Positions 15,065 through 29,171 of a DNA stretch of 64,000 bases are shown here, piece by piece. The notes beneath the pieces are model-generated. The model did not search any database. It was not told where the DNA came from and saw only the letters and a program-made list of their open reading frames with translations. Position numbers and translations under genes: made by a program. The stretch's first letter is position 1; each line of letters starts with the position of its first letter. The DNA comes from Paraspadella gotoi (taxonomy: Eukaryota; Animalia; Chaetognatha): the NCBI GenBank assembly GCA_051294375.1, contig CM119263.1:18872628-18936627 (forward strand), in the 5' to 3' direction.

Positions 15065-16720
15065 ATATGTATGAATTATTAACTAGAAGTGTCCGAGATT
15101 TAAAAATGATACATTTCTATCGTCTTCCAAGTCAACGTGGCGGGGAGAAACCAAAAAATAAAGAATTAAGAAAATATTGTTTTTAAACCGACGAAAAATT
15201 ATAGAAAAAAAAAGTTTTTTTTTAAATGTTCAAATCGAACGCATCCAAAAATAAACGTTAAACAAAAACGAGCTTCGCAAAAGTAGATGCCAGTAGATGC
15301 CACAAGTGGATCCTAACTTTTGCATTTTGCAGTCCCATTTTTTTTTGTTTCGCCAAAGAGCAAGAAGGAATTGGCAACGCCGAAGAGCGCCCATCACTGC
15401 GCGCTTCGATTTGCAAACTGATTTTAAAATCCTGAGATTAGCGCAAATCGAAGGTCGAAGTTACGTTCAAAACTCACCTCAAAGGAGTGTTAGGTTTCGT
15501 AACGACGCGAGCGTTTGAGGGTGAGGCCTCACGACGGAATCTAAAAAAGGTGAGCTCTAGTGAAATGAGGGTAGGAAAGTATGTTGGTCCACTCAAAACA
15601 AGGTATGAGGTAAAGAGAAAATAGAGAGAGTATGAAAAATACGCACCTAGGAAAAAAGTATATCACATCTTTAGTGGAGGATATCTACTCAAAAACTTTC
15701 AGAATTTACATAAATTTTTTTGAATGCTTTCTTTCATTTGTAGGTCAAATCGTTTAGAAGTATGAGGCAAAAAAAAGATTGCCACTTAAAAAAAATTATA
15801 TTTAGTTTTCCACCATTTTTGGTATTTAATTATTTGTTTTTTAATTCAAATTGAAAAGGCAGTGCACCTCTCTTTTAGTTCATAAAGGTGCTATCGTAGC
15901 TCTGAGAAAAGAGGGAACAACTCGGTGGAGGACTGAAAAGAATTGCGTTAAGGGTGTGAAAAACATTTCACTGTGATACTCTCATTTGCTGTACAAGAGC
16001 ATACCCAAACAAATAGTCGATACTAAATATTAAGAATATTTTTTTTATATTTTGTATATTTTTCTTGAATAAAATAACTTTACAACAATTTATGTGATAT
16101 AACTTTTTTCCTAGATAGTAAGTCATGCTGTTGATTTCAATTTAGTCAAATTCTTGAAAAAAAAAATCATAAATGTCAGAATAAATCTTTTTAAATTTTC
16201 GTCTGAGATTTTCCTTTTCACGTAAAAGGTAAGAAAAAAATAAGCGTCGAGTAAAGAGGGGAAAAAAGTTACATTTTTTAAAAAAAACTGGAATTCTGTG
16301 GGATTTTGAGATTCGCGAGATTCTCCCGCCGAACCATTTATCAAACGATTCCGCTCGCACAATAACCGAGATTTGCGCCAACAGTGCAATCAAGCCTACT
16401 ATTTCTCCTTTCCTCACCTTTTTTTCCTTACCGTCATTTTTCTTGCCGCGTTTATTCCGCTTTTTGCCTCTTTATTATTTTTTTCTAACTTTATTTTTTG
16501 ACTTTAGGAAAAACTTTCTTTTGAAAGGTTTATTCCAGTAAATTTAATTGTGAATGTAACTTTGAATGTAACTGTAAATGTGAATGACTGTTGGCATAAG
16601 TATGTGTTTTGTCATACATTCACGCTCTCTTCTCCTCTTTTCTTCTTCTTGTTCTTCTTCTTTTCTTCTTCTTGTTCTTCTCTTCCTCTTCTTCTCTCTC
16701 TCTCTCTCTCTCTCTTCTCT

Positions 16721-16770
<50 letters not shown>

Positions 16771-17366
16771 AATCCATCTTTAAAAAACATTCTTTCATTC
16801 CTTTTTCTATACAAACGTCGTCTCGAGCGGAACAACCGGAAAATTCGTGGGCTTTCATATATAATTTAATTCAAAGCCTCTATTTTCCCCTTTTCTGTCT
16901 CTGTCTTTCTCTCTCTTTCTTTCTATTTCTCTTTCTGTTTTTATCATTAATTTTTAGTCCCTTTTTTTTAGCAGAGGGAAATAAAAAGCCGGAAGACGCG
17001 AAAGAAGTCTGGGGGAGGGGTAGGGGAAAGGGGAAAAAAGTCTGGGGAAGGGGTAGGGGAAAACGACAGGGAACAGGGGATGGAGAAAGGGGATTGGAAT
17101 TAATGAGGATGAGGGAGACAGTGAATGGGGTAGCGAAGTGTGAAAGAGGATGAGAAGAAGCGAAAAGGAAGGCGAGAGGATGTAATAGACCAGAGAAAAA
17201 AAAGGAAGGCGAAGGAAACGCTCAAAATGAAAAAAAAAATCATGAAGAGAAAAATGAAAAAAGAAGATGATGAAAAAAAAAAGTTTTAAAAAAAGTAATA
17301 AAATCAAAATGAAATTTAAAAATGCAAAAAAAAAAAATGAAAAGAGGTTGAGAGGAAGCGTGATTA

Positions 17367-17399
<33 letters not shown>

Positions 17400-17706
17400 G
17401 GAAGCAATTTGATGCAATTTGATTCGACTTAATTATATTAAATAAGTTAAAAAAAGCTAATGAAATTTAAGGTAATTTTTTCTCCGTCGACGCGGGAAAT
17501 CAGAAGCGGAACTGATTTTTATGACGAAATGAAAATGTTTTCATAAATCGTTGGAATTATTGGAAGATGTACCTGCTATGACTCTACAGAAAAATTATCC
17601 ATACTGGAAAGGATTTCGATATTCAATTTAAAATTAAATCTTTGATCAAACCTTTTTTTAAAAACTAAACGATTAAAACATGGAGCACACGAGGTACACA
17701 TTCCTT

Positions 17707-17795
<89 letters not shown>

Positions 17796-17998
17796 AATTA
17801 TAAAAAAAAAAAAAAATCAGACGAACGAATCTCCGCCAGAGGCGCTAGGACTCGAGTGAGATTTGAGATCAAAGAGAAGGAGTCCGTTTTTTGACTCTCA
17901 TGAAGGTCACTGGGTCCGACGGAACGTTTTCTCCCTTCGCTCTTTTCAAACAAAAGATTCTTATCTCCGACTTACGATCTTTCAAGTTTAAGGATGGA

Positions 17999-18042
<44 letters not shown>

Positions 18043-18510
18043 AGAAAGAAAGAAAGAAGAAAGAAGGAAAGAAAGAAAGAAAGAAAGAAGAAAGTAAAGA
18101 AGAAAAAAGAAAGAAAGAAAAGAAAGAAAGAAAGAAAAGAAAAAAAAAAAAGAATTAAACAAGGAAAAGAGTTGTTTTAATTTAATTTTTTCCTGCCATT
18201 ATATTTTTTTTATTTTTAATCTTTTTTAAGTTTAATATTTGTTCAAAGTGAGAGAAAACGGGACAAAGAAAATTCATTCGAAAATTCATTCGATTCACTT
18301 TCACTAGGATAGAAGTACTCAATAAAAAAAAACTATTTGTTTTTCCAGGATTTTCCAATTCTGGCCCCTTTGCCCAGCCCGTCCGAATCGAGCCAAACCT
18401 GCCCGATTTGTCCTATCGAAGTTTATGCAAGAATTCCCGCCAACTCTCAGCCTCTGGCCACCGCGTTACTCCACTCGGGCCCGGAAGGCCCGCTCGCAGA
18501 GATCCGTTCG
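15065..18510 (+). repeat. Direct duplicate of 10590-14010 (first copy ends at the 25-N gap 14011-14035)
   Basis: Co-linear near-identity from tatgtatgaattattaactag to gcagagatcc(c)gttcgaaa, with small indels. Confidence 0.9.
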
Positions 18511-18892
18511 AAATGAAATCGGGGGAGAGAGTCTGGGGGTGGGACAGCGGAGGAGGGGCAGGGGGGGAAAGGTGAAGGGGGAGTATGGAGCGGCGACCAG
18601 GAAAGCCACAACCCGAAAAGAAGAAAAAAAAGAAGAAAGAAAAAAACAAAATCTCCAATTTTTAGTCTTAATCCGGGATTCGGGACGGAATCGAGTCTCA
18701 AAGCCTCTGAGGATCACAGTTTTTGTTTAGAAGACGCGAGGGAGGAACGGGAGGAAAGGGGGGAAGGTGGGAGGAAAGGGGGAGGAATAGGTGAAGAAAG
18801 GGAGAGGAGGGATAAAGGGATAAAAGAGAGAGAGAAGAAGAAGATTGGAGAAAGAGAAGATAAGAAAGAGAAGAGAGAGGGAAGATTAGATG

Positions 18893-18983
<91 letters not shown>
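18893..18983 (+). repeat. (GATA)n microsatellite, ~22 units
   Basis: Perfect tandem array. Confidence 0.95.
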
Positions 18984-18984
<1 letters not shown>

Positions 18985-19178
18985 GTTTAAACAGCTTTGA
19001 AATTAACTGGAGTAGAGATATGCTACGCCAAATGGAAGAACGGTTCTGGAATCGACAAGTCTTCATTAAGCGTCGGTGGAGATCAATAAATCTTCAATTT
19101 GTCGTCGTCTTTCCTGTCGTCTATTTCGTTCTCGGTCGAGGTTCGCCGTTGGAAATCGAAAGCAAAACGATGTCCTCA

Positions 19179-19249
<71 letters not shown>

Positions 19250-22200
19250 TATCCAGAGTAAAAAAGCTTGATCTATCAATAAAAACGATCTCTAGTTTAT
19301 TTTTTTACTTCCGTTGTTAAGCCGTGCCATAAATTCATGCATTAAAATCAGTTTGTTAAGGGTATGAAACAAGCAACGCTGCTATGCGGAATATCACGCC
19401 ATATCCGAACTAATCCTTTTTCTTGCTTTCATCCTTCTTCCAGTTTTCTGTCGCCAATTTACTTTTAGTTCCTGTTCCTTTCCTTTTACATCATTTCTTT
19501 CTTATGAAATTGGTACAACCAATTTAAAAATTATCCATTTATTTTAATAAATAAGCTATCTTGCCCCTGGACAGTCTTTGGTGGTTTAATTTTCTCTCAA
19601 GCTTTGGTGGCTTATCTCTCTCTCTCTCTCTCTCTCCCCCTCTCTCTCCCAGCCATTTTCCACCCTCCTTTTCTCTCTCTCGCTCTATCTCTCTCCTTTC
19701 CTTCTCCAGTGTCTAAGTCAACAAGAGAAATGACCCTAGATCAACCTTGAGTCTCCGCTCCAATCTGCTCCTCCCTCGCTCCTTCTCGCTCCTCCTCATC
19801 CTCCTTCGGTCAGTGGTCCGAGTTCCTATTTCTCTTCCTCCTCCTCCTCTTCCTTTTCTTCTTCTTCCTCCTTCTCCTCCTCCTATTCCTTCCACTGTAT
19901 CCATGTCCTTCCCTCCAAATGTACTTTCTATTTTTGAGCCTCTCTGCGTGGGAAAGGGCGATAATAACGAAGCACGCCATTAGCGAGAACGCTTTTAGCG
20001 AGTAACGGATCGGCCCCTCCAGTCGGGTACTGTGACCGAAGAGAATCTCTTTCGTAATTATTCCGAGTAAATCTCGAGATATCGCACCGAGTTTGGGGCG
20101 AGATTTGTACAACCAACATTTGGAAGAATAAGACTAGAATAAAATATCTTAAGAACAGCGACATTCACTGTTGTTAGTGTCGTCAATAAAAGAAAATTTT
20201 ACTTTAAATCGTAGAGCTTTGTTTCTGTTTGACGAAGAACAAGTGCAACTTATTGACTGTGTATTATCATTCGCGAGTCATTCACCTATTTGCTTTTTTT
20301 TCAATGATGATTCCCAGTGCATCTTGGCATTGACATCTTTGCTTCCGTTGACTGATTATATACAGATATAGATATATTCTCTTAATTGCATCTCGATCTG
20401 ATTTAATCAAAAAAAAATCATCTTTGATCAAGACACTCCCGGATCTTTTTCGGCATTTTAATCTATTTGCATCCAACTTATTTAGAATTAATTTTTGCGT
20501 CCTCATTACTTCGAATATCAATTTGTTTCTTTGCCTTGTCGTTTCTGTAATAATGTGATAAGCTGAAATAAATGTAAAGCTTTAAACATTTATTTACAGA
20601 GACGACTTTTTTTTTTAACCTTTGATTTCCTTCTCTCTTTGCCATCCTCTTTCTCGTCCTTGTTGAAAAATAATACAGATAAAAAAGATGAGTAAGAGAG
20701 CGGAGCACGTGAGGCTGTGAGGATATGACCTGTGAATGAGCTATTTTGGTCTCACCGACCGAAACGGTTTCGCGGTTCTGTTCACCGACGGACGACCGGT
20801 GATGCGGAGGTGGAGGCAGAGACGTTTTTTTCTTTATCAATCATTGATGACAAATTTTCAGCGATATAATCGGATATTAATCATAATTTGTTTTTCGTAT
20901 TTTTAGTATTTAAATTTTAACATAGTACATAATTTTCATATAATTTTTAAACCTAAATTTTGATTGCTATCATAATTTATTTTGCTAAAATTTAGGACAT
21001 TGTAATAATTAATTAATTAACTGCCATATGTATAATAAATTATTTAAAAATATGTGATGATGGTTATACTTACCATGATGGAAAAAAAATTGTCGAAGTT
21101 TGGAAATGTCGGTTAATTTCATTGTCAAATATAATTTTTTGGCCGGTAAATAGGTTTTAATATGTAATATAACTTCCCTAGGACTGAATAAAAAGATTAT
21201 TTTTCAACAGCATAAAATTATTTAATGCATTCAAATACTTCCAAAAGAGGTTGTCTCCAACTATTTTCAAGAGGACTACTCACATTATTATTAATATTAT
21301 ATTTCTAACATAATATTATTTATCAGATTCAGGGCAAAAAATGGTCCTTGGCAAGTAATAAAAAAGATTGATCCCTTATAAAGTAAACCAGGCTTGAGTT
21401 GTTGTTGTATAATGATTATATGATTATATAAAATTTTGATTTATTTTTTTTTTAAACTTGTTTGATATATGGTTCTGATAAAACATCCAGAATTAAATAA
21501 AAATGATAACTTTGTTTAATGAAGTTACCCTGAGCATTAAACTTTTATTGATATTTTACAATATAAAAAGAATATTCTGGAGCTTTACAGCATCAATTTA
21601 TTTTTAATGCCGCTATTTTTATTATAATGAATTAAGATTCATCCCTGAATCTATCCTAATAGTGATGATGCAATAACTATTTGACTTGAGACTGAGAAAA
21701 GGCAGAGATTTTTAAATAGTAACGGTTTAACTCAAAAAGTAATAAAAAAAGAACCGGAAATTAGTATAAAAAACGTGTAGAATAAAAAAAAAAAAAAAAA
21801 TTTTGGCAACTCCTTTTCTTTAGCATGGAACTATTGTATTTTTTGTCGTATATAAATGAGATACAGCTCATATGAATCACAAAAGGCTAAAGTTTCTCAA
21901 TATATAAATTTTATTTTTCGATTCTCACATTAAAATGCTGAAAAATAGCTGGAAAGTAACCGCGACAATTTTTTTTCCATCATGGTACGGTCACGATTTT
22001 CATTTTTTTTGGGTTTTTTTTGCTTTTCACTCAGAAATTATTTTCGTCTTTGTTTTCTAAATCCTATCGGAAAGAAAAAAACACAAACAAACCGAAACGA
22101 GGCGAGAATTACATAAAAGCAAAGACCGAAAAACGAAAAAAGAAAGAAAGAAAGAAAAACAGGGAGAGTAAAAAAGAAACAGAAGAACAGAAAAAGGGGA

Positions 22201-22749
22201 CAAGAAAAGAATATCGACGTTTCGGACTAGCTAGACAAATAAAGTCTTTATTAAAGAAGAACCTTAAATAAAGAAAAGTGTCTGTCTGTCTCTCTCTCTC
22301 TCTCTCCATCTCGCTCTCTCGCTCTCGCTCTCTTTCTCTCTCTCTTTCTATTTTTTTCTCCCGCATTTTCTCTGTCGGGCAGAGCATTTCTTCCGTTTTA
22401 TCCCTCCATTTTTTTTCGCCTTCTTTTTTCACTTTCTGTCAACAATGGAAGGATTTGCAGAAAGAGAGAAAGAGAGAAAGGAAAAATGAGACAGAGAGAC
22501 AGAGCCGGAAGTGGTTTAAAAGAAACAAGCGGGTGCTCGTCTAGGAGAGGGAGAGAGCTCGCCGAGAAGAAAAAAGGTGGGCGAACAAGTGGGAGCAGCC
22601 GTGGGTGGCCGTGGCGGAATGAAGTGGATCTTTTGTCCTCGAGTTAGTAAAATATGCAATTTCAACAATATTTTATTTCTGAATTTGAGGCAAATTGAGA
22701 TTTAATTGCCTTGAAAATGTTTTGCTACTTTCCATTTTTTTCAAAAAAT

Positions 22750-23000
22750 GTTTTTGAAAATATTGCTCCTTTCCACATTTTTAAGATGGTCCTTTTTGAT
22801 AATGTTACTTAGTTTTAGAAAGTCTATTTTTGAAAATTTTACTCCTTCCCACATTTCAAATGAGGCTGTTTTTTGACAAATATTCCTCCTTTTGACATTT
22901 TTTACCAGGACCTTTTTAAAAATATAGCTCCTAACATTTTTGAACTGGCCCGTTTTTGAAAATGTTGTCCCTCTCATTTTTCTGGCCAGGTTTTGATTAA
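22750..23000 (+). repeat. Degenerate ~40-bp tandem repeat (aaaatattgctcct...catttt...ggnccntttttg), ~5-6 units
   Basis: Recurring aaat.tt.ctcct...catttt...tttttg at roughly 40-bp spacing. Confidence 0.6.
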
Positions 23001-23390
23001 GTTTCATGAAAACGTCAATCGTCTTGTCAAGCAAGCTTCGATTCAAATTGCCAATATTTTCAATGATCTGTTTTTCAATACTAATATATGAAATACTTAT
23101 GGGGAGGGATAATTCTCTTGACATTTGCCTCCGGCTAAAGGATTAAATAATATCACATTTATTGAACCTTGTCTTTCCTCTCCTGTTGCTATTTCCTAAA
23201 CATTCACCCTTACTCTCTTCATTCTTAGCTTGTCTCCCGACTTTTTTCTCTTTATATTTTCAGCTTTTCTCTTTTTTTTTTCCTTTTGTTGAATCCCATT
23301 CATTCCGCTATTTTACTCTTCTCATAGAAAATTAGATTAAAGCCAACAGTTGCCAGCAGTTACTACATTGTAAATTTGAATTCAAATATA

Positions 23391-23439
<49 letters not shown>

Positions 23440-23611
23440 AGAGAGAGAGAGAAGAGAGAGAGAGAGAGAAGACCTTCTGATGGGAGAAAAAGCTGATTCG
23501 AAACGACATCAGGGACATTTTCTGATCGATCACGACGCAGAGATTTAAGGCTCCATGAGAGGGAGATGAGGAGGGAAAGAGAGAGAGAGAGAGAGAAAGA
23601 GAAGAGAGAGA

Positions 23612-23642
<31 letters not shown>

Positions 23643-24149
23643 GAGAGGAGAGAGAGAGAGAGCAATAAGATTTGAACCCTTCCTTTCTTCGCTTGTTGTT
23701 GCCCATGGTGAAATGGCGCGTTTCCGGTGGACCTCTGTGTCACGAGTCTAAGAGCCGAAATAATCTCGATCCGACAAGCGGGATGTTTGGATGAGAGAAA
23801 TAGACATTTGTTTGGGTCGTTTTTTTTGGGGGGGGGTGGGGGAGGACCGTGGGGCAAATAAGGATGTGTGGATAATTTCGTGCCATACTAAGTTTGAAAA
23901 GTAAGTCCGAAGGCAAAAGAAAAATAAAAATCAATCATAAATATTTTTTCTGGATTACCTAATTTGTCTTTTACTCGGATACAAAAATGACTTCTCTCGT
24001 TCAGTTGGGACTAAGGATCCCCAAACCAGGTCAACTTCTGTAGCCGGGAGCATCTGACTTCATTTCCACGTCTATATCTTGGCTTCATCTCTCCCACTCT
24101 CCCCGGTCCCATATCCCGCTAATTCTCTTCCTCCCTTTTTTTCTGCTTC

Positions 24150-25185
24150 GCCGACCTGATTAGACTTTCGAAAATCTTCGACGACTAATCAACGCGAAAA
24201 CGGAAATCCGAATGTAGGGCGAGCCAATCGCCTTTGCGTTCGCCGTCGCCTTCGCCGTTGTCAATCGTCGTCGCCAATCGTCATCGCCCTCGCAGCTGCG
24301 TGGATTCGTCGTCGCCGCCTCGGGTCTTGTCACTCCTTTTATATTCTTTAGCAGGTTCACTTCAGGGTGACGATAGATTATAAATAACATGACAGGAGTA
24401 TAAATTCTACATTCTACGGAACGTCTTCACGCTGTGACAAATCCGGAAGTTGATATCGTAGTCGTACAGGCAAAAGAAAAACAAATCGACGAAGTCAAAA
24501 TCATTAACACGGATATTCCCTAATTTTTTTTTTTTTGGTAGGCTCCAAAAAATATTTAAATGACGTTCGCATTAAATGTGTATCTCTGACAGCCATCGGT
24601 CAGATAACCACATAAAAGAATTATCATTACCAATTCATAGACAATCTCAGTCAATTTAATTACTCATAAGAGAAATAAAGCTGCTAATAGAGGATTTAAA
24701 GGAAACAAAGAGTAAAAAAAATGACAGACGAGAGAGACAAAAACTATAATACGGATGAGAGCTACGAAAGAGCCGCCATCTAACGGCCAAAGAAGAAAGA
24801 AAGAAAAAAGTGCAAAAAAAAAAAAGAAAGAAGAATGTGCTATTAGTCTTGCTCATTGCTCAATGCTCTTGCTCAATGCTTATTTATCGTTTGAACTGTC
24901 AAATTGTTTTTCTTATTTCAGAAAAAAAAGAAGAAAGAAAGAACAATGCGGTGGAGCAGCTGAGGTAGACCCACGACCACCGTCGTTTCCTGTTTAATTG
25001 CGTTGTTGTTGTTGTTGTTTTTTTAATTCCAGTTATAAATCGAGCGGCGGTCGTTTGAGCGCTCCTTATCGTCACTTCCGGTTTCCGCGCCACTAACTCA
25101 ATCGTCCGTTAAGATTCTGCCCGATTTGCCCGATAAAAAAAATCGATCGTTCACGTTTTAAACAGAGCGGAAGTCGGCGGATGAC
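24150..25185. promoter_or_regulatory. Possible housekeeping-type promoter region (ETS-like CCGGAAGT and CCAAT motifs, CpG-rich patches)
   Basis: ccggaagt at ~24443, acttccgg at ~25074, gcggaagt at ~25167, and ccaatc at ~24224 and ~24275. No gene could be attached. Confidence 0.25.
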
Positions 25186-26744
25186 AACATTTTTATGTTA
25201 ATTTTTTCCAATTTTTTCGAATTAATTTTGAATAATTTTTTCCCCTAAATGCTGGGGTTGTTCTTAAGGTAATAAATAAATAGTATTAGTATTAGTATAA
25301 TATAGTATTAGCTTACTACGTATATTATGAAAATTTCAAAATTACTTGTTTCACTGTTTTAAGTTATAGATTTTAGATTAATTAAAATTATCTATTACAA
25401 ATTCTATATTTTATTCTAAATTTCTTTAAAGGAGAAATTTTTTTTTAAACCACGAATTTATTTAACATGAAAAAGAACAGGTTTCGGCTTCAATGTACTC
25501 CTTCATCAGCGCAAAATAAATTTCAATATATTATATTATTAATGCACCCTATTATTATATTATTATTATTATACTATTCCATGCGTGTAAAACTAATATC
25601 AAGACATGTATTAATAGTGATAAAACATAAAAAAACTGTTTTATCTCTCTCACTTAAAATTCCTCGTAGTAAAACTAGTAGGAAGCTGTCTGCTTCCGTT
25701 TTCGTCGCAGACGATCACGATGACGACGACAACGACGACGACGACGACAAAGACAGCGACGACCTCATCGATATTTCAGTCACTGCGCGTCAAAGGGAGA
25801 TTGGAAAAAAAAAAGAGCATCAAATTCAGCGGCCAAGATGCGTTTTGAGAAATGACAGATTCCATCCTGAGATGGCATAAAAATCAATGGTTCGGAAATA
25901 TGGCGTTCCCATTGAGACGGCACAAATTCGATGCCTTAGCCATCGGCCGGAAATGGCATTCTTTGACGTCCCTTAAGATCGAATAAGAAATTGGATGACC
26001 AAACGCATCGAGATATATGGCTCCTTCAAATCGGCAGAGAATCCAACGGTAATCGCGGCGACATTTCAAGCCCACGTCATCGGCGCCGTACCGTCACGGC
26101 GTCCACGGCGTCATGCTCCCGGTCAATGGCGCCGTCCAAGAGGACGTAACCACCGTCCCCTCGTCCTCGGCGTTATCGTCGTGCGCCCGATTCGCGTCAA
26201 TGTTTCTCCATCGGAGATGAGATGGATTCGCCTCCAGGTTGGCGTCGGAATGCGACGCCATTGAGGGAATGGCCTAACATCCAGCGGATGGAATGCAATT
26301 GCAATGATATGCGCCATTGAGATGGAATGCTATCGAGATGGAATGACATTCGGAAATCTAGGAGGAATCGGCAATTCCGTAATATGTGAGTCGTCTTCTT
26401 TTTTTTTTTTAATTATTTTGTGGGATACTAAAAAGAAAAGTATAGAGTCAGTGAATCCGCTTTTGACTTATATATTACTAGTATCATTTTTCCACCGAGT
26501 CTGCGATTAAACTTTAAATTTTCCTCGTGAAAATTGAACCTTCTTGGACTTCTTAAACACAAAAGAGACCAACACTGACCACTGACCACTGACCACTGAC
26601 CACAGTGAACAGTTTCCCTTCTCGTTTCACTCCTCCAACTTATCAAAAGAATGTGTCGCGTTTCCTAACTCATCTTCTATTCCATGAGAGGTTACGAGAA
26701 AGAAGCGTCCCGTCACCTTCGCGACTCACTTTACGAAGAAGGTA

Positions 26745-26980
26745 GCGTTACTCCGTCACTCCTCTAACTTTCGTAACTCCATCACTCTCGTCACTCCCTT
26801 CACTGTCATCACTCCGTCACTCTTGCCACTCCCTTCACTTTCGTCACTCCGTCATTCCGTCACTCCCTTCCCTTTCGTCACTCCGTCACTCTCAGTATTC
26901 CCTTCACGTTCCTCACTTCATCACTCTGTCACTCTCGTCACTCCCTTCACTTTCGTCACTCCGTCACACACGTCACTCCA
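26745..26980 (+). repeat. Degenerate minisatellite built on (CGTCACTC)
   Basis: More than 15 variants of tcactcc/gtcact in tandem. A short (ACTGACC)4 array lies nearby at ~26574-26603. Confidence 0.85.
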
Positions 26981-27073
26981 ATCTTCTCGCATCGAAACGC
27001 AGGTCCGCGTCCTCGTTCTGCCATCAGTCTCCAGTCGATGATGTTATCAATCGCCGGCCAGGATTTAATGAGC

Positions 27074-27142
<69 letters not shown>

Positions 27143-27724
27143 TAGCTCATTATCGCGGCTGTGACGTAATAGGTATGTATGCGGAAAAGAGGAAAGAAAA
27201 TGGGAACATGAAAAAAGGAATTAGAACAGAAGCGGAAGGAATGAAGAGAATTGAGAGAGAAAAAAAAGGAATGAAGAAAAAAAAGAATTAGGAGAAAGTG
27301 ACAAAGAGGGAAAGAAGGAAGAGAGAAAGGAAAAATAAAATGACAAATAATCGAAGAAAAAAAGTAAGAAAAGGAAAAGGGGCAAAGAAAAAAAATGAGG
27401 AAGGAAGAAAGATAAGCCGAATAAGCCGAGACGACTGCGTTGAAAGCACGCCTCAAAAAAATTGAATAAAAAAAAATAAACCAAAAAAAAAAATCAAGTT
27501 TCCTCCCGTCGTCTCTCTTTCGCTTTTTCAATTTTACCTCCGATTTATCTACCTTCCGTTCTCGCGTGACGAGCGCCTGTTTTGCCTAGAAAAAAAAAAT
27601 TAAGAAGGAAAAGAAAGGAACCGGGTTTTCGCTCTCCTTTTCCAACGGAGGAAGAGCTCAGCGGGGAGGAGCGTTGGAGGAAAGCGCTCGGGAGAGAGAA
27701 GAAAGAAAAACGCTGATGGGAAAC

Positions 27725-27860
27725 GCTTGAGTGTGAAGTTATTCGGAGGAGAGCGCTCGGTGGAGGATAGCTGTGGAAAAAAGCTTGAGTGTGAAGTTAT
27801 TCGGAGGAGAGCGCTCGGTGAAGGAAAGCTGTGGAAAAAAGCTTGAGTGTGAAGTTGTTA
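27725..27860 (+). repeat. 58-bp tandem repeat, ~2.3 units
   Basis: gcttgagtgtgaagtt starts at 27725, 27783 and 27841. Confidence 0.9.
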
Positions 27861-29091
27861 GGAGTAAATATGCTTGTATTCGAAATAGAAATTCATTAAA
27901 GCCGGAAGTTGTTTGGAGGAAAGAGGGTGGGGGAATATTCTAGAAAGTGAATTGCAATGAAAGTGATCGATTGTATAAAATATAACAGAGAAGATACTTT
28001 ACTTAAATGGTGAGCTAGAGTTTGAAAGAACTAGGACAATACATACAAAATAAGCGCTTTCTTCTTTTTCCTCAAAACGCAATTGGAAAAAAAAAGCGTG
28101 GAGAAAGCAGCACTCGGGAGTGAAGGAGGGGGAAACGCTGAGGCGGGAAGCTTGAGAAATCCGTCCTTGAATGAGCTCGAGGTCTTTCGGCCCAGAGAAA
28201 AAGAAAATTTAAATTCTAGATCCTGACCAGGAAACAAATGTAAACTTCTTTCGTTTCGGAAAAAAGGGTTATTTTAACCGGAATCTCGAGGTTCTAGACT
28301 CTAAGAGAAAGGGTAACGGTTTTTTCTTCAAAAAAAAAAAAGATTTCCCGCAAGCCGTTGGCACGGTCCGCGGTGCCATAAAAGGGCCTTGGATGACATT
28401 GAAATGGGCCGCGAAAATCGATGCCACGTCGACGTCGTCGTCTTTGTCGTCGTTTTAGTCACAATCGTCGTCGTTGTCGTTGTCGTCGTCTTAGTCGATG
28501 TCGTCTGTTCGATTTTTCTCTTCGAGAGATTTCGCCACAGAGTGAGCAAGAAATTTCTTCTCATTAGAGATGAATGACTTACAAAAAAGATTTTTCACGA
28601 TGACAAATCGAAAGTATTTACCATTTGTGTATTCTTAATTTTACGGGTTTGTTTCATACCGATGGAATTTAACTTCGACTGTGAGAAGCTTCGTAAGCTT
28701 CGACTGGAAATGAAATTAGGATCAAACGAATAGGCTAAAATCAACAATTAGAATTTACATCACGGATTCACAAGCTATTTTAATGATGAAAAAAGTAAAA
28801 GTAAAAATAAAGTGAATTAAAAAAAATAGAGATTATAAAAAGGAAAAACGGTAGGTAATCGTTAAACTCTGAACGATTCTAAATAAAATAAGGGAAAAAT
28901 AGGAAAAAAATAAAAGATGTATACGCAAGAGCCTTTGCAAATAATTAAAAAGAAAGTAAACAAAACGACAACACACTAAGGAAAGAGAGAGAAAAAAAGA
29001 AAAGAAAAAAAAACACATTCGAGAGCAGTCAACGCTCTCGTGCGCCATTTTTGCGCAAAACGAGACAACCTGGTCCGTGGAATGAGAAGAG

Positions 29092-29171
<80 letters not shown>

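Noticed and set aside
20300-20360. C/D snoRNA (ATGATGA...CTGA)
   Set aside because: Only ~52 nt box to box, a poor terminal stem, no recognised target and no host gene.
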